Origin: Chrysomallon squamiferum
Lineage: Eukaryota; Animalia; Mollusca
Direction: 5' to 3'
NCBI GenBank assembly: GCA_012295275.1
Contig: CM022671.1
Span: 24,304,001-24,368,000 of the forward strand
Length of the DNA stretch: 64,000 nucleotides
Positions 1 through 14,000 of this stretch are shown piece after piece (positions within the stretch are counted from its first letter, which is position 1; each line of letters begins with the position of its first letter). The position numbers were made by a program, and so were the translations under genes. The notes beneath the pieces are model-generated. The model ran no database searches, had not been told where the DNA came from, and was given only the letters and a program-made list of their open reading frames with translations.

Positions 1-326
1 TTAACACGATTTTTGGAAATTGTCATAGTTTATTTACTTTTAAATAGAGAAATGTGTTATTGATAGTGTGTATTTATTTATTTTATATGTTTTGGTGTCA
101 AAGACAGATGAAAGATTCCAAGAAGAGATCTAAAAGTTTGCCAATCCCTGATCTGGGTGTCACCATGTAGTGTTTATTGAAAACTATTTAGTAATTAAAA
201 AGTTACAATTTTTCTAATTAAATTTGTTTTATTTGTTTGTTGTTGTTTAGTTTGTTTTATTTGTTTGTTGTTGTTTTTTTTTATTATTATTATTTTTTTT
301 TTTTTTTTATATAATCCACATTATAC

Positions 327-510
327 CAGTGGTTCCCAAAGTTTGACGAGCCAAGCCGCGTAAAGTACAAGTTTCTAACACAATTTTAGAACATGAACAA
401 TGCCAGTATGTCCTGCTCATTAATATATTTGATAAAACAAGTCAAGATTTAATTAATAATTTATTTTGTGTTGCCGGAATTCTTGGCTAACGACATTCTG
501 GAAAACCCTG
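327..510. mobile_element. hAT-like MITE remnant
   Basis: Begins CAGTGGTTCCCAAA, typical of hAT/Charlie termini. Ends CTGGAAAACCCTG (reverse complement CAGGGTTTTCCAG). The flanking 8-mers CATTATAC and TTTTATAC resemble a decayed 8-bp target-site duplication (TSD). Confidence 0.5.
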
Positions 511-783
511 TTTTATACCTTCATCCGTTGCACGTAAAATGTATATATGAAACGATTGTAATTACTTCTTCATGTTGCAGGGAATTGCTTTCATTTAATG
601 TGTTGTTATTATTATCACTATATATATATATATAATTAAAATAAATATTTCAAAAGTAAACCATTAATATTGACGTAGATATAATTATTACAGACACGTA
701 TAAATAAAATAAATAAATGCAATGTTATTTTTCGAACTTGTTCAACCAGTGCGTAACCGACGCGCAATTCATCCCCGTCCATT

Positions 784-786
<3 letters not shown>

Positions 787-831
<45 letters not shown>
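787..831. repeat. (AAT)n microsatellite
   Basis: Perfect AAT run. It explains the poly-I and poly-N ORFs at 636-935. Confidence 0.95.
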
Positions 832-834
<3 letters not shown>

Positions 835-1093
835 CTATCCTCCACAATAATAAAATAGATCAACCGTGTAATCTGCATGTTATTGAATTATTAAGTATTT
901 TTTGTGTCCACTTCAAAAAATGGGCATTGCAATAGAATGGATCAGTTTTCTATTCCTCAGAGCTGAATTAAGTTTCTTAATTTTCTTTAAAACCTTTTTG
1001 TAATGTAATTTTTCGTTTTTTATTTTATTTTATTTTAATTTATTTTATTTTATTATTATCATCATCATCATCATTATTATTATTATGATTATG

Positions 1094-1136
<43 letters not shown>

Positions 1137-1257
1137 TTTATTGTCACTGTTTTGAAGGTGAAGGTTAAAAAACACAAAAAAACGTCATAAGCTGGACTAT
1201 TTAAACGTTATCTCGATGGTTATCGTCAGAAGCGAGAATCATACTAATTTGTAAACA

Positions 1258-1998
1258 ATGCACCTGTTCAACAAATATTTATTTTGTTTATCCATGATAG
1301 AATATCTTTATCAACCGACGCTTGAGATGGTAGACATGAATATTCATGAACTTCAGTTTGTGGCTGATCACCTTACCACAAAGGAATGCCTAACTTTAAG
1401 TGCCGCTCTACAAGAAAAGTCATTTCAGCTTGATTTCAGTAAACTGACAGCTTCAGAATCACACATTCGCAGTAAGCCATGTCTGTTGCTTCTTCTCGAA
1501 TATGACAGAGGATATGGACGTCGCAAAACGTTTCAAGATTTGGCATTACGTCTCCGAGAGATCGGTAAACCGAAACTGGCCGACAAACTGTCGAAAACAG
1601 TATATCACGAAGAAGCTTTGGCAATCAGGAGAAACTTTTTGAACGACCCTTTTAAGAAAATGATTCCATCAAAATCTGCGGTTTTGGATGAAGAGGTGTC
1701 TGCTACTGTACTTACACCAGCTTTCGTACGAGATAGATTTTGGACACCAACGATGATCTGGAGTGTAGTGTTAGGAACAGTATCTGGACTTATTATGCTT
1801 TCTTTAGCCTTCGAATATTTTTGTCCAAGAGCCTTGCCTAACATTTGCTATGAGATTTGCCCGAAGTCGTGTACTGTACGTTGGATTGCTTGTAAAATGG
1901 GTATGAAAGCCTGGTGCAAAGGATTACGAACAGATATTATGAAAACTGTAACCGGCAATAAAACTGTCATAGATGATGGTGAATTTTATTTAATTTAG
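1258..1998 (+). CDS. Transmembrane and death domain protein (TMDD1/C12orf81-like), single coding exon, 246 aa
   Basis: Long open ORF in AT-rich DNA. Death-fold-like helices (ELQFVADHLTTKECLTL...CLLLLLEYD...TFQDLALRLREIGKPKLADKL), one hydrophobic segment (MIWSVVLGTVSGLIMLSLAF) and a Cys-rich tail. The family assignment is from recalled similarity. Confidence 0.7.
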   Translation: MHLFNKYLFCLSMIEYLYQPTLEMVDMNIHELQFVADHLTTKECLTLSAALQEKSFQLDFSKLTASESHIRSKPCLLLLLEYDRGYGRRKTFQDLALRLREIGKPKLADKLSKTVYHEEALAIRRNFLNDPFKKMIPSKSAVLDEEVSATVLTPAFVRDRFWTPTMIWSVVLGTVSGLIMLSLAFEYFCPRALPNICYEICPKSCTVRWIACKMGMKAWCKGLRTDIMKTVTGNKTVIDDGEFYLI

Positions 1999-2043
1999 AA
2001 TCAACTGCCAATTTTTGTATTATGTTAAATATGATTTGTTTAA

Positions 2044-2082
<39 letters not shown>

Positions 2083-2989
2083 CTGTCAGTTTCTTATGAG
2101 AATAAAACTAAATTATGGAAAGGTACGCATGGCTGAAAATGCACTTCCATTTGTGCACTTTTATTCATCTAGACTCTTTTAATAACCTTAAAAACCTAGC
2201 ACGTCTAAATATTAAAAATTCAACAATATCGAAAAATGTATTTCTAAAACAGGTTAGAACAGACACTCAATTTTTATTTTTTTTATTTTATTATTCTTAT
2301 ATTAATTATTTTATTTTATACTTTAGAATATATAAATAATTAAAATCACTTTCAAATATGAAATTCTGGTCTGCAAATGCTTATTACTCTTTATTACAGT
2401 TTTGTTGTCAGTAATCTCGCTAGGCCTACATATATCTCAAGCATTGTTAGCTGAGGTTTAGAAATGAAAAAAAATATATCATTTGTCTTTTCTAATATAC
2501 GGACATACAAGTGCAAATTACTTTATATATATATATATATAAACTGATCAGTATATACCGCATGATGATTCCGATTTTAATGGTGTAATTTGAATCGTCT
2601 TTGTAAAGAAACACACACATACACACATTCACGCATACTAACCTGAATACCAATTTATGATATGCTATCCCGGTCAGTTAGGTAATATTTTTTTTTATAA
2701 TAATAATAATAACAATTATTATTATTATTATATCCCACTTGATAGTTAGGCTGTGTAAAAATAAAATCATGCCAAAAAACGATTTAATTTTTAAAACAAA
2801 AACAACAATCATAATAAATGTTAAATTTTCACCTGTATTATTTGTCGGAAATAGTAACATTCAATTCATTTAAAATAAAACTGTAAACACATCAGCAGCA
2901 ACAAAACTACATGAAAAGATTATGTTAATAATGTATTTGTAAATAAATAACGCCCCCGAATAACTGAGCTACCATGCATGGGAAATTTC

Positions 2990-3270
2990 AAACACGGAAG
3001 TCAATTTTCACGTGATTCAACATCCGGGGAGTTTCGCAGAAAACCTGACGTGGCCTTTTGTTTATTATTGACTAGGTAATCAATCGAGCGAAGCATTTTG
3101 ACAGTTCGGTCCACCATTTTCTGTTAGCAGTACATCGGTTCGGTTTCTACAGCCACGTCGGTTTACGTTTACATTTAAGGCAAACAGGTATTATTTTGTT
3201 TAAACTTGTTAAAATGAAGCATACAATTCGCAACTCAAACTTTTGACGTTGATTTTTTATTGACGTCAAT
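2990..3270 (+). promoter_or_regulatory. Putative SMIM14 promoter and non-coding first exon
   Basis: CpG-richer island with ETS-like CGGAAGT (~2995), E-box CACGTG (~3009), TGACGTGG (3046-3053), CCACGTC (3153-3159) and TGACGTCA (3261-3268). Candidate splice donor CAG/GTA at ~3188. Confidence 0.5.
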
Positions 3271-5218
3271 TCTGTATTCGATTCTGATATTCAATCTGTT
3301 GCAACACTGGTTGGGCATATTAATGACAAAACAGAATACTGGCACATATTTTATAATTTAGGTATCATAACAAATAAGCATTTATTATTATATTTTCGTT
3401 ATATATGTAACTAATTTGTTAAAATTTAATTCTCGGAATGCCTATGAAAAGGTGTATCATCAGCATTGTTTATATTGAAATAAAAACAAAAAATTTCCAA
3501 ATTTTTGTAACTGCATTATTATTTTCTGCTTGTCAGTAGAGATTTTACAGGACTTTTTGCAGCAATTCTTATACTGATGCTAGAGCTATACAAAAAGGTT
3601 AAACAAGACATAAACACTATACCCACCCCCAGTTATTTAGTAACGGTGCTAACGCATTTTCATTTTTATTTATTTATTTATTTATTTATATTGCATTTCA
3701 AAGTTTCAAAAATCCATTTTCCGTGTATCGGTATTTTGAAAGTTTTTTTGTTTAGTTTAAAAAAATAATAATAATAAATAACAAAAAAAAAAAAAAAAAA
3801 ACCTTATGTTACAAAAAAAAACTTACTTCAAGAGATAGATATTATCAATTATCAAATTTGCATTATCCATTCAATAAAGTGTTCTTTTTATGAAGACGTT
3901 ATCAGAAGTAGACACTGAGTTAAATATTGTTTTAGGCATGTTTCAATTGATAGATGAACTCGAGATCATTCCTGAGTAAGAGTTGTGGTTCGTGAATAGG
4001 TAATTTTTCTTTTATTTTGATGTTTACTACTGCAGACGATCCTATAGAGTTGTCGTTCCTGAATGGTTATTTTTATCGAATCGGGCAATATCGCTTCATT
4101 TCAAATGGCAATTAAACAATAAAAATGTGGGTTATTTGTAAATACAGGACAGAAAGTGAAAGAAGATAGTTCTAAATGTTCCAATTAAATAATCTATCAG
4201 CAGATTTTGTTCTAATATTCAGTTGTTTTTACGAATTCTATGTTTCGCTCTATAGTCTATTTTCGGATTTTCAATTACACCTTTTCAACAAGTTCCCTTA
4301 ACAAAGCAAACTGATATCTGATTTTATTCTTCTTTAAAACATAAACTAAATTAACGTACAATTTTGAGGTTGGGAATTTGCCATTGCTGAAAAAAAAACA
4401 AAAACGTAGTGAGCACCCCTAACGGCCGTTAGAATTGCAATATTTAGTGTACTTTAACATCGATGTCATTTGTTTTGTTCTTCAAATTTTAGTGTAAAAG
4501 TTATTACATTTTTATGTATTTCCTAATCATGCCTTTAAACATGAACAGCATCATTACAAAATAAAAATAAAAAACATCTAAGAGGGCCAAAAAATAACTG
4601 AAATCACTAGGGTTATTCTGAAATTCTGATAATGCTAAATAATATTTTTGATAACATGAATTGAATCTTGGATTTTTAAAGGACTGCCTTACAACTTTAC
4701 ATAACTTTGCTAATTAGTAATAGATAGTTTGCAGGCTCAAGCATTTTGAAGCATAATCTTAAATACAGCCATTTAACGTGTCATTTATTTTATTATTTTA
4801 CTTCCATAATTCACTCAGATTTTCAGCTTTAAAAAAAGAATTAATAAAAAAGAATGTCCACATACTTAGATATTAAACAAAACATCACCTTCCCTACAAA
4901 AAAACCCCATCATTATGGTTTACCATATCAAAATATTAATGAAATGAGAAAAAAAAGGCTGGTGCTGCTACATTATTATCTTTTAATAACAGTATTACTA
5001 AAATAACATTGATAATTCTGTTAGGTTCTGTTTCATATAAGGGGGATTGAGTAAAGTGGGGAGTTAAGATAAAATGTTAATTATTTACAAACATTTAATT
5101 AAATGACCATGTTGGTAATTATTTTATGTTGCCTTCACTTCATCTAAACAATGTAATTTGATTTCATTGATTTTATTGATTTTTCCTTATTTTAAAATTT
5201 AATGGCCATAAATATTAA

Positions 5219-6448
<1,230 letters not shown>

Positions 6449-9400
6449 TTTGAAAATGGGGATGCAATAAGTAATAGGAAATTAACTGAAGCCATTATTC
6501 CTTTCTGATCTGCTGAAGGCATATCACCTCAGAAGTAACTTTATACTGAAATAAACTACTGTATTTTAGAATCAGCAAATTCCTGATGCAACTTACTTTA
6601 ATAAATTTCATGTACATATAATTATTTTATTTGGCAGCCTTTTCATAATTTCAGTTGTTAAGGATTTTCAGCTGTGTTGTTGATAATTATTATTATTTTT
6701 TCTTTTTCTTTTTTAGAAACATGCTACACTTTTCAACCTTTTATTTTTTTATTTTTTATTACACAAATGTTTTAAGAAAGGGGTTTTTCAAGCAAAAAAA
6801 TTATTAATGGAATCACCATGTTATTTATCATGTTATTTCAACAGACAAATGACTGACTTTATTTTGACTGTAATGTGAAATTGAGTACTTGTATCTGAAA
6901 AGTCACTGAAAATTTAACTGTTTAATTATATACAGGATTTTTATAGATATGTAAAAGAAGACTGACTTTGAAGAAATCTTGAAGTCCTGTTGTACTGTAA
7001 TGTAAATAATTCGTATTACATTAATACATTTATAATTTCTAGATATTCACAGTTGGGGATTTTTTTTTGTTTTTTTTTCTCTTAACATTGATAAAAAGTG
7101 TGGAAACAGCAGACAAAAACATGCTGAATTTGTCTTGTGTATTGAATGTCAGTGGTGATTTTTATTCATTTAAAAAAATAAAATAAATAAATAAATAATT
7201 CCACTTATCAGCACATTAAGTTATTTCTGAGCTGTTATGTTCAGTGCAATATTAACAGCATTTCAGTACAGCAGTTATTTTGTTCTGATCAACAAATATT
7301 TTTGATTGTACAGTGTTGCTTTAATAGCTGGGCTGTTCAGCAGATATTTTAAACTCTTTTTTATACAAAATTTGTAAAGAAATTTTTCATTATTATTATT
7401 TTTTTTTTTAAAGTGGTGTTGGAAGCCTATTTTGCACAAAAATTCTGATACCATAATAATGTCAGTGAAGTTACTTTAAGAGTAACAAATCTCATTATAT
7501 AAGCAGTGCTTTTGCAGTAAATGTTAGTGGGGGTTTTTATAAAAAAAAGCTCTTTTTTTTTTTTTCTGTTTTACTGGCTGTAAATTGGAGTCTGCTTACA
7601 ATTCATGTTCAGTTTGTTACCTACTTAGATCTCGGTGTTCTCAATTTTTAAAATGCCTTTGCTACATCCATTCTTTCAGAGCATGCTCAACTGCATTTGC
7701 AGTACTTTTTCTCCTATGAAAGAAGTTATGATTTTGTTGTCACTTTTTGAAATAAGCTATTGTTAAGCATCAAATAATTGTATGAAATTAATCTCGAGCC
7801 ACTCAGAACTTTTGAGAAAGTACAAAGGCACTTTAAAAATACTGTGGGTGATTTTTTATATCTTTTTAAATATGTATCCTGTTTTAGATATTGTACTGGT
7901 ATATTTTATGTAATGTAAATGACTTTGTTATTATTGTTTATAGAAGGGGGGACAAAATACCTTTTTGTGATTCTGCCATTTTTTTGTTGAAACTTACTCA
8001 GCATATTTGTTGATGTACTGGAATTCCAAGAACCATTCCAAACATAAAAATCCAGATACATGTGAACATCCATGTCTTGATTTAAAATTTTACATACAAA
8101 GAAAAAAGGATTTACCTTCTTCATTGTTGCTAAAATGACAAGTAAATTTAGAAAGAAAAATACACTTGAAAAAGAAATCCAATCCAGATATCAGGAACTA
8201 ACATTAAACAAGCTTGGATAAAATTTCTTTACGTGTACATTGCTTTGGTGGATTTGGTAAACCTTATATATTTCAAATATAGTTTTGTCATTTTTCTAAA
8301 TTTATTTTTATAAACTGATCTAGTTGTTTACTTGGTAGGTGAGTGGTATGTAAACACTAGCCATTATGTAGTAATGGTAATAAAATGATGGTTGTTTCAA
8401 TCATGTATGTTTTCAAATCAGAAATTATTGTTCTTTAGATAGTAATAATCAAAGGTCTGGCAGGCCAGATTATTATTATTTTTTAGTTCAATTTCTGATT
8501 TTATGTTTTGAAAAATAATAAAAATACCAATCAAAGTAAATCATTTGAATGGAGTTTTGCTCTTATTTTTGCCTCCAATACATTAATGAAAACATATTAA
8601 GTCATTTAAATAAATTAGATATTACTTTTGGAACCTTATTTAAGTTTTAAATTTTGTTAAATTAAAGTTATAAAGTTTATTTTTCTTTTGCATGTATGAC
8701 AAATATGAAAAGATTATTTGAGATTTTAATTTTTGAGTATGAAGTTATTAATAAAAGGTTTTGAAAAAGTTTTCAATTGGATAATCAGTGTCACTGGTGT
8801 ACTTTCAGAACCCTAGTTCTGTGATTCTGTGATACTGTAATTAGTATTCTGAGATTTTATTTTGTTGTTAAAACTTTACCCTTGTCTTTTGCATGTAACA
8901 AACTGATCTGTTTTATAAAATCTGACTGTACCATTTTATTTCTTTTTTCATTTAAATATATATATATATATTTTTTTTTTTTTCTTAATGCTACAGACTA
9001 CCAGTTCAGAGGTGTTTAGAGTGTTCATTGTTAAGCTTTGTGCTTACAATTGGCAAATTAAAAATTTAATAATTCATCGATATATTGAAAACTAGTCTTT
9101 GTTTCAGTGTCAGGGAACTGGTCTCAGTTGTTTTTTTGATTCTGATTATTTAAAAAACAATTTCACTCTGTATAAATAATAATCTAACTGATAAAATATT
9201 TTATTCAAACATCAATATACAAGTATTATCTGAATATATTGTTATAAATGGTTATGGGTTTATTCATATGATAATTTACTATTATTTTATTTAATTATTG
9301 GGATGTTCCTTGTGAATAATGATGAATTGTAATACAACAAAAATGTTGAAAAATTGGTGTATGGGTTGCAGAATTTAATATATAATGAAGCAGAATATTT

Positions 9401-11031
9401 TAAGTACCTGTATTAATGTGGAAGGGGTTTTTAAAAATGTTCTTATTAGCTGTCTCCACATTAAAAACAATTTTTTAACGGGCAGTGTTATGGAATTGAA
9501 GATAATTCAGTATCAGCCAAACATTTAGTTTTTTTTATATTGTGGAGATGTTTTTTTTGTTTCTTTTCTGTGAAATGTAATTTGTCTTTCATTTACAGAT
9601 GTGTGCTGTTTATTTAATAAAGTCAAGAGTAAATTAATATAGTTTTTAGAATTTCCCTAGAGTTGAATGAAACTTTTTCACTACAGAATGTTAAAAAACA
9701 TATCCCCCATCAAAAAAAAAAAATTAAGCCCTCCGAACAAAACAAATAAAAATGATAATAATAAAGATCATTATAAAATTACACAATTTAATTCTCATTA
9801 AAAACACTGATAAAAGAAATTAAATGGGTGTTTTAAAAAAACTAATAAATACATTTTATCTGTATAGTCTTTTCAAAAATTGTAGTGGAAAGTTTGCACC
9901 ATGAAATATGATAAAACTGAGAAATGACTGCAAAGAATTTCGAGCACTAATCTTAATTTTTAATTGGGCATAAACTATCATTTTAAGCTTAATGTTAGCA
10001 TAAACCAGCACAAACCGCATAGTGTAAGTCATGTGAGCCAAAAAAATAAATAAAAAATACATACATATCATAAAAAATTTAAACACTTATAATACCATGT
10101 TGCAAACCAATGCCATAAAAACGTCTTGTTTCTTTTAAATCAGGTGTGTATATGTCTATGTGTGTTTTTATACACATATTTTGGAGAGAAAAAAACCATC
10201 TAGGCTGACACTTGCATGCTTATATGTTGGTAATATACAGTTAGTTACTCAGTGTTTTAAATGAAAGTGTTAAAGTTTTTACTTACAATACTTTTAAGGT
10301 ACTGATGAAAATAATGCACCATACAGCATTGCTCAATTTAAAATCAAAATTTTGTATTTGTTTTTGTAGAAACATAAAGAAATATAGATAAATTTGGCTT
10401 ATTTCATCTTAAAATAATTAATTTAGATACCATATCAAAATTATAATTTATTTGACATCTTTTAATTTATTTTTGTCTATTAACTGATTAATGATACAAC
10501 ATTTTATTGGAACAATTTATCATAATGTAATTACATTAAAAATATCAAGTGTATAAAAAAAGATCTTCTAACTTTAGCAGCACAGAACATGAACTCAAAA
10601 AAATAAAGCCAAAAATGATTTGAAAAGAAAATGATTATATCAGCTTAACTTTTCACCCCAGAAAAAAGCCATACTTACTTAATAACAAATTTCATCTATA
10701 TTTTTTATGTATAATATTAATGTATAAAAAAGGCAATAATAAGAAATACATGTATAATAATAACCGTAACATTTAGTGAATGCCTTTTCTAATTTAAAAT
10801 TCCATACATCTTAACAATGTGGCTCTTAAATATCTATTCCAACTGCAAGCCTCGTTTTATTTTGGGGGCTGACTTAGTTTAGATTAGCAAGTATATTAGG
10901 TAAACAAATAATTATTTTCAAAACATATCTTAAATAACAAAATCATTTAAAATGTTTTTACAGATAGAGCTACCAGTAATTAATCAATGGGGTAGGGAAT
11001 GAAATGGGGGTTCCTACATAGGAATACATTT

Positions 11032-14000
11032 CTACTTCTTTTTTTTGTGTATAATTTTCATGAGACCATGGATTTTTTCAAACGTCCCTGTAGAATCAGA
11101 CACATTTTCATACAAAACATGCTGCTCCACCCCAACACTAAATTTCTCTCTGTCTGGCAACCTGTTGATGCTTTTCTCCTTCACAACAATTGGTGTTCCA
11201 TAGTCTTTAGATATAGATCTTGATGGCATTATAAAGATTTTGGTTTTTGGAGTATCATTATTTTCTACACTGTCTGATAGTGAAGCATTGGAATTCTTCA
11301 CACTGTCAGAAGGCGAATTTATTCTTGATGATGATGAATTTAGGGATGTTTCATTTCCATTATCTTCACTGTTTTCGGTCTCATCCTGCATATTGGCCTC
11401 ATCTTCAGAGTTACAGCTATCTATAACCACAAAGTCACTGTCTAAATTCTCCTCGTCTAAAGCCTGAACTAGTTTTTGATACTGTTCCTCTAGAATTTCT
11501 AACGATGGACTCTCAGATCGTACACTGTCTTGTGATGCTACTCGTGATGGCGTTTTCTTAGTCATGGATGGTGGCAATGGTGGCAAATCTGGTGGTGTGT
11601 CAGAAGGTAAAGGTGGTGGAGTCATGTCTCCAGGAGGGGAACTGGATGCTGGTGTTTTTGGAGGGGTGCTGTCTGGAAGAGGAGGTTTGGAAGGAGGAGT
11701 GTCTGGCGGTAATGGAGGAATAAACTCTGGTCTGTCCAGAATCAAAGGATCATCATTTCCTGAAACAGATAAATATTCTAAGTAAAAAGCAAAGTTGAGT
11801 AAAGATGAAAAAACAACTTCCTTAGTTCAAAGGTATTGTTCAAATTATCCTCATTCCTTTAAAAGAAGAAGACCATTATTAATTATAAAATGCACATAAA
11901 CTAATGCTTATTGTATTGTAGTTATCTAATGGTAGATAACCTTTTTTCATACCTAAAGATCTTGCTTGAGAGATAAGATATTCTCATTTCTGTAATTCTA
12001 TGGCAGTAAACTCGTGCATTATGTGCTTAAGACAAACATGACTTGATTGCTTTTAGATGTAAGCATATTTCAAATGACTGATTATAAATAAGATTTAATA
12101 ATAATTACCTTCATCATCAAGGTCCATCTCACTCTCTCTATTTTCCAGCTTCTGTTTCTTTCTGTAGCATTCCTCTTCTGCCTGTTTTTTACGTTTTTTT
12201 AACTGAAAATTTCAAGTGTATTCTGGACGTCTGTTAACCAGTAAACAAATCCCTGCCTGGATAATGGTGTTTGAGACATCAGTGAATTTAATGAAACAAC
12301 TAATAATTACTACAGGTGAAAATTTCAAACATTCCCTTATTCAAGAACTAAGTTTATAATAATTCTAGACGTAATGTTCAAAGTGAACAGAGAAAAAAAC
12401 TTAATAAATATTTTTCCCCCAGTATCCTGTAAGAGAAAAAATAAAGACTAACCTCCATTGTTTCCGCTGTCTGAGCCTGCAGTGTTCGTTTGAGTTGATG
12501 AGTCTGAAGTGGTGGCATGTCATACTGTATGTGATCCTAAACGAAGAATACAAAATAAAAAAAAACATTCTTCATATGACTATAAACAAAAAATAATTAG
12601 TAAAATGTCAGACATACAGAATAAAATACTGAAATGAAAAATAAAGAAATATTTCTATACTAACTTGTCTAAATTTTTGATTGTCTGCATGTAGATTTAA
12701 AATAATTAATTCATGCTTACATCTATTACACCTTTAGGAACCTCAACTGTAAAACCTGGATATTCTATGATCTTCTCAACTTTAATTGAAGCTGAAAAAA
12801 ACAATAAAGTTATGATAATAAACCAAAGACATCATTTTAATTTTTAATAATCTACTTTCAAAACAGTTTTGCTTGAGACAGAAAGGTATTTTACCAGTGT
12901 TACATGTTACAAGTAATTTGACTAATAAACTTGCAAGTGTGATCAGTGATGGTTATGACAGATTAGTAATTTAAATAAAAAAGTTAAAAAAACTTAATTA
13001 TCTTACCTGTAACATCATCACAATCACCTGAACCACTACCACTCTCACTGCATTCTGAAAGTATTTAATATTTTATACTTAAAAAACAGCATTTGTAGTT
13101 TGTCAGAATTACAATTAAATGACAATCAAAAATGCAACAAAGTAACAATAACCAGAGAAGAAAAATGTATCTATTTCAGTTTAGCATTGCAAAAACGTAA
13201 CTTCTTGTTTACAAATCATAAAAACAATTATTATGAACTGCATTATTTTATTTTAGTCATAATTTGAAACAAATTACTTTTATAATTAAGTGCAAGGAAT
13301 TTAAAATTTTCAAAAATAGCAACATTTTTCATATTTAATCATTTAAAAAATAAAAAAAAATGCCTTTTCCATGTTTGTCAAAAATAACAAGGCCAGATGT
13401 ATCCATCTGTGCTTCAGCCAGCCATCCAGGAGGGTATCCCAGCATCCTCATACGATATATATAGGGTGGTAATTCGTTTGATGCTAAACCAAGAGCTTCT
13501 CTCAAATTACAACTGAAACAAATTTAGAAATTTACTATTCTATTTACTGTTGTTTCATCAATTATATTTCATAGTCAAACATTACATAATTATTATTTCA
13601 AAAGTTTGGACTGAGAAAAAAAATAAATAAAAAATAAAATAAATAAATAATCCTGTGAAGTTATTATTTCTTATAATTTAACTGAATTATTTTTAATAAT
13701 GTTTCATTTTTTGGGGGGGAGGGGGCTTATTTTTAAATAAATATACTGTGACATTATTTCAGGTTTAATTATTAATTATCATGTCATTAATCTATTAACA
13801 TTTTGTTTTCACTAGTGACTGACCTGAACACTTTATCTGTCAAATATTTAGTGTGTTAAATTATTCACAGTACCACCTAACTAAAATAATTATTTTTATT
13901 CATTCATATTGGTCTGTTTTATTTCACTCACTGGAGCAGGAAACACATTTACCAGACATCTTTTAAATTCCGAATTCATCTTTTATTAGGCATATTGTGC

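Noticed and set aside
11240-11785. Plus-strand Gly-rich and Ser-rich ORFs
   Set aside because: Antisense shadow of the Pro/Glu-rich last exon of ZCCHC8.
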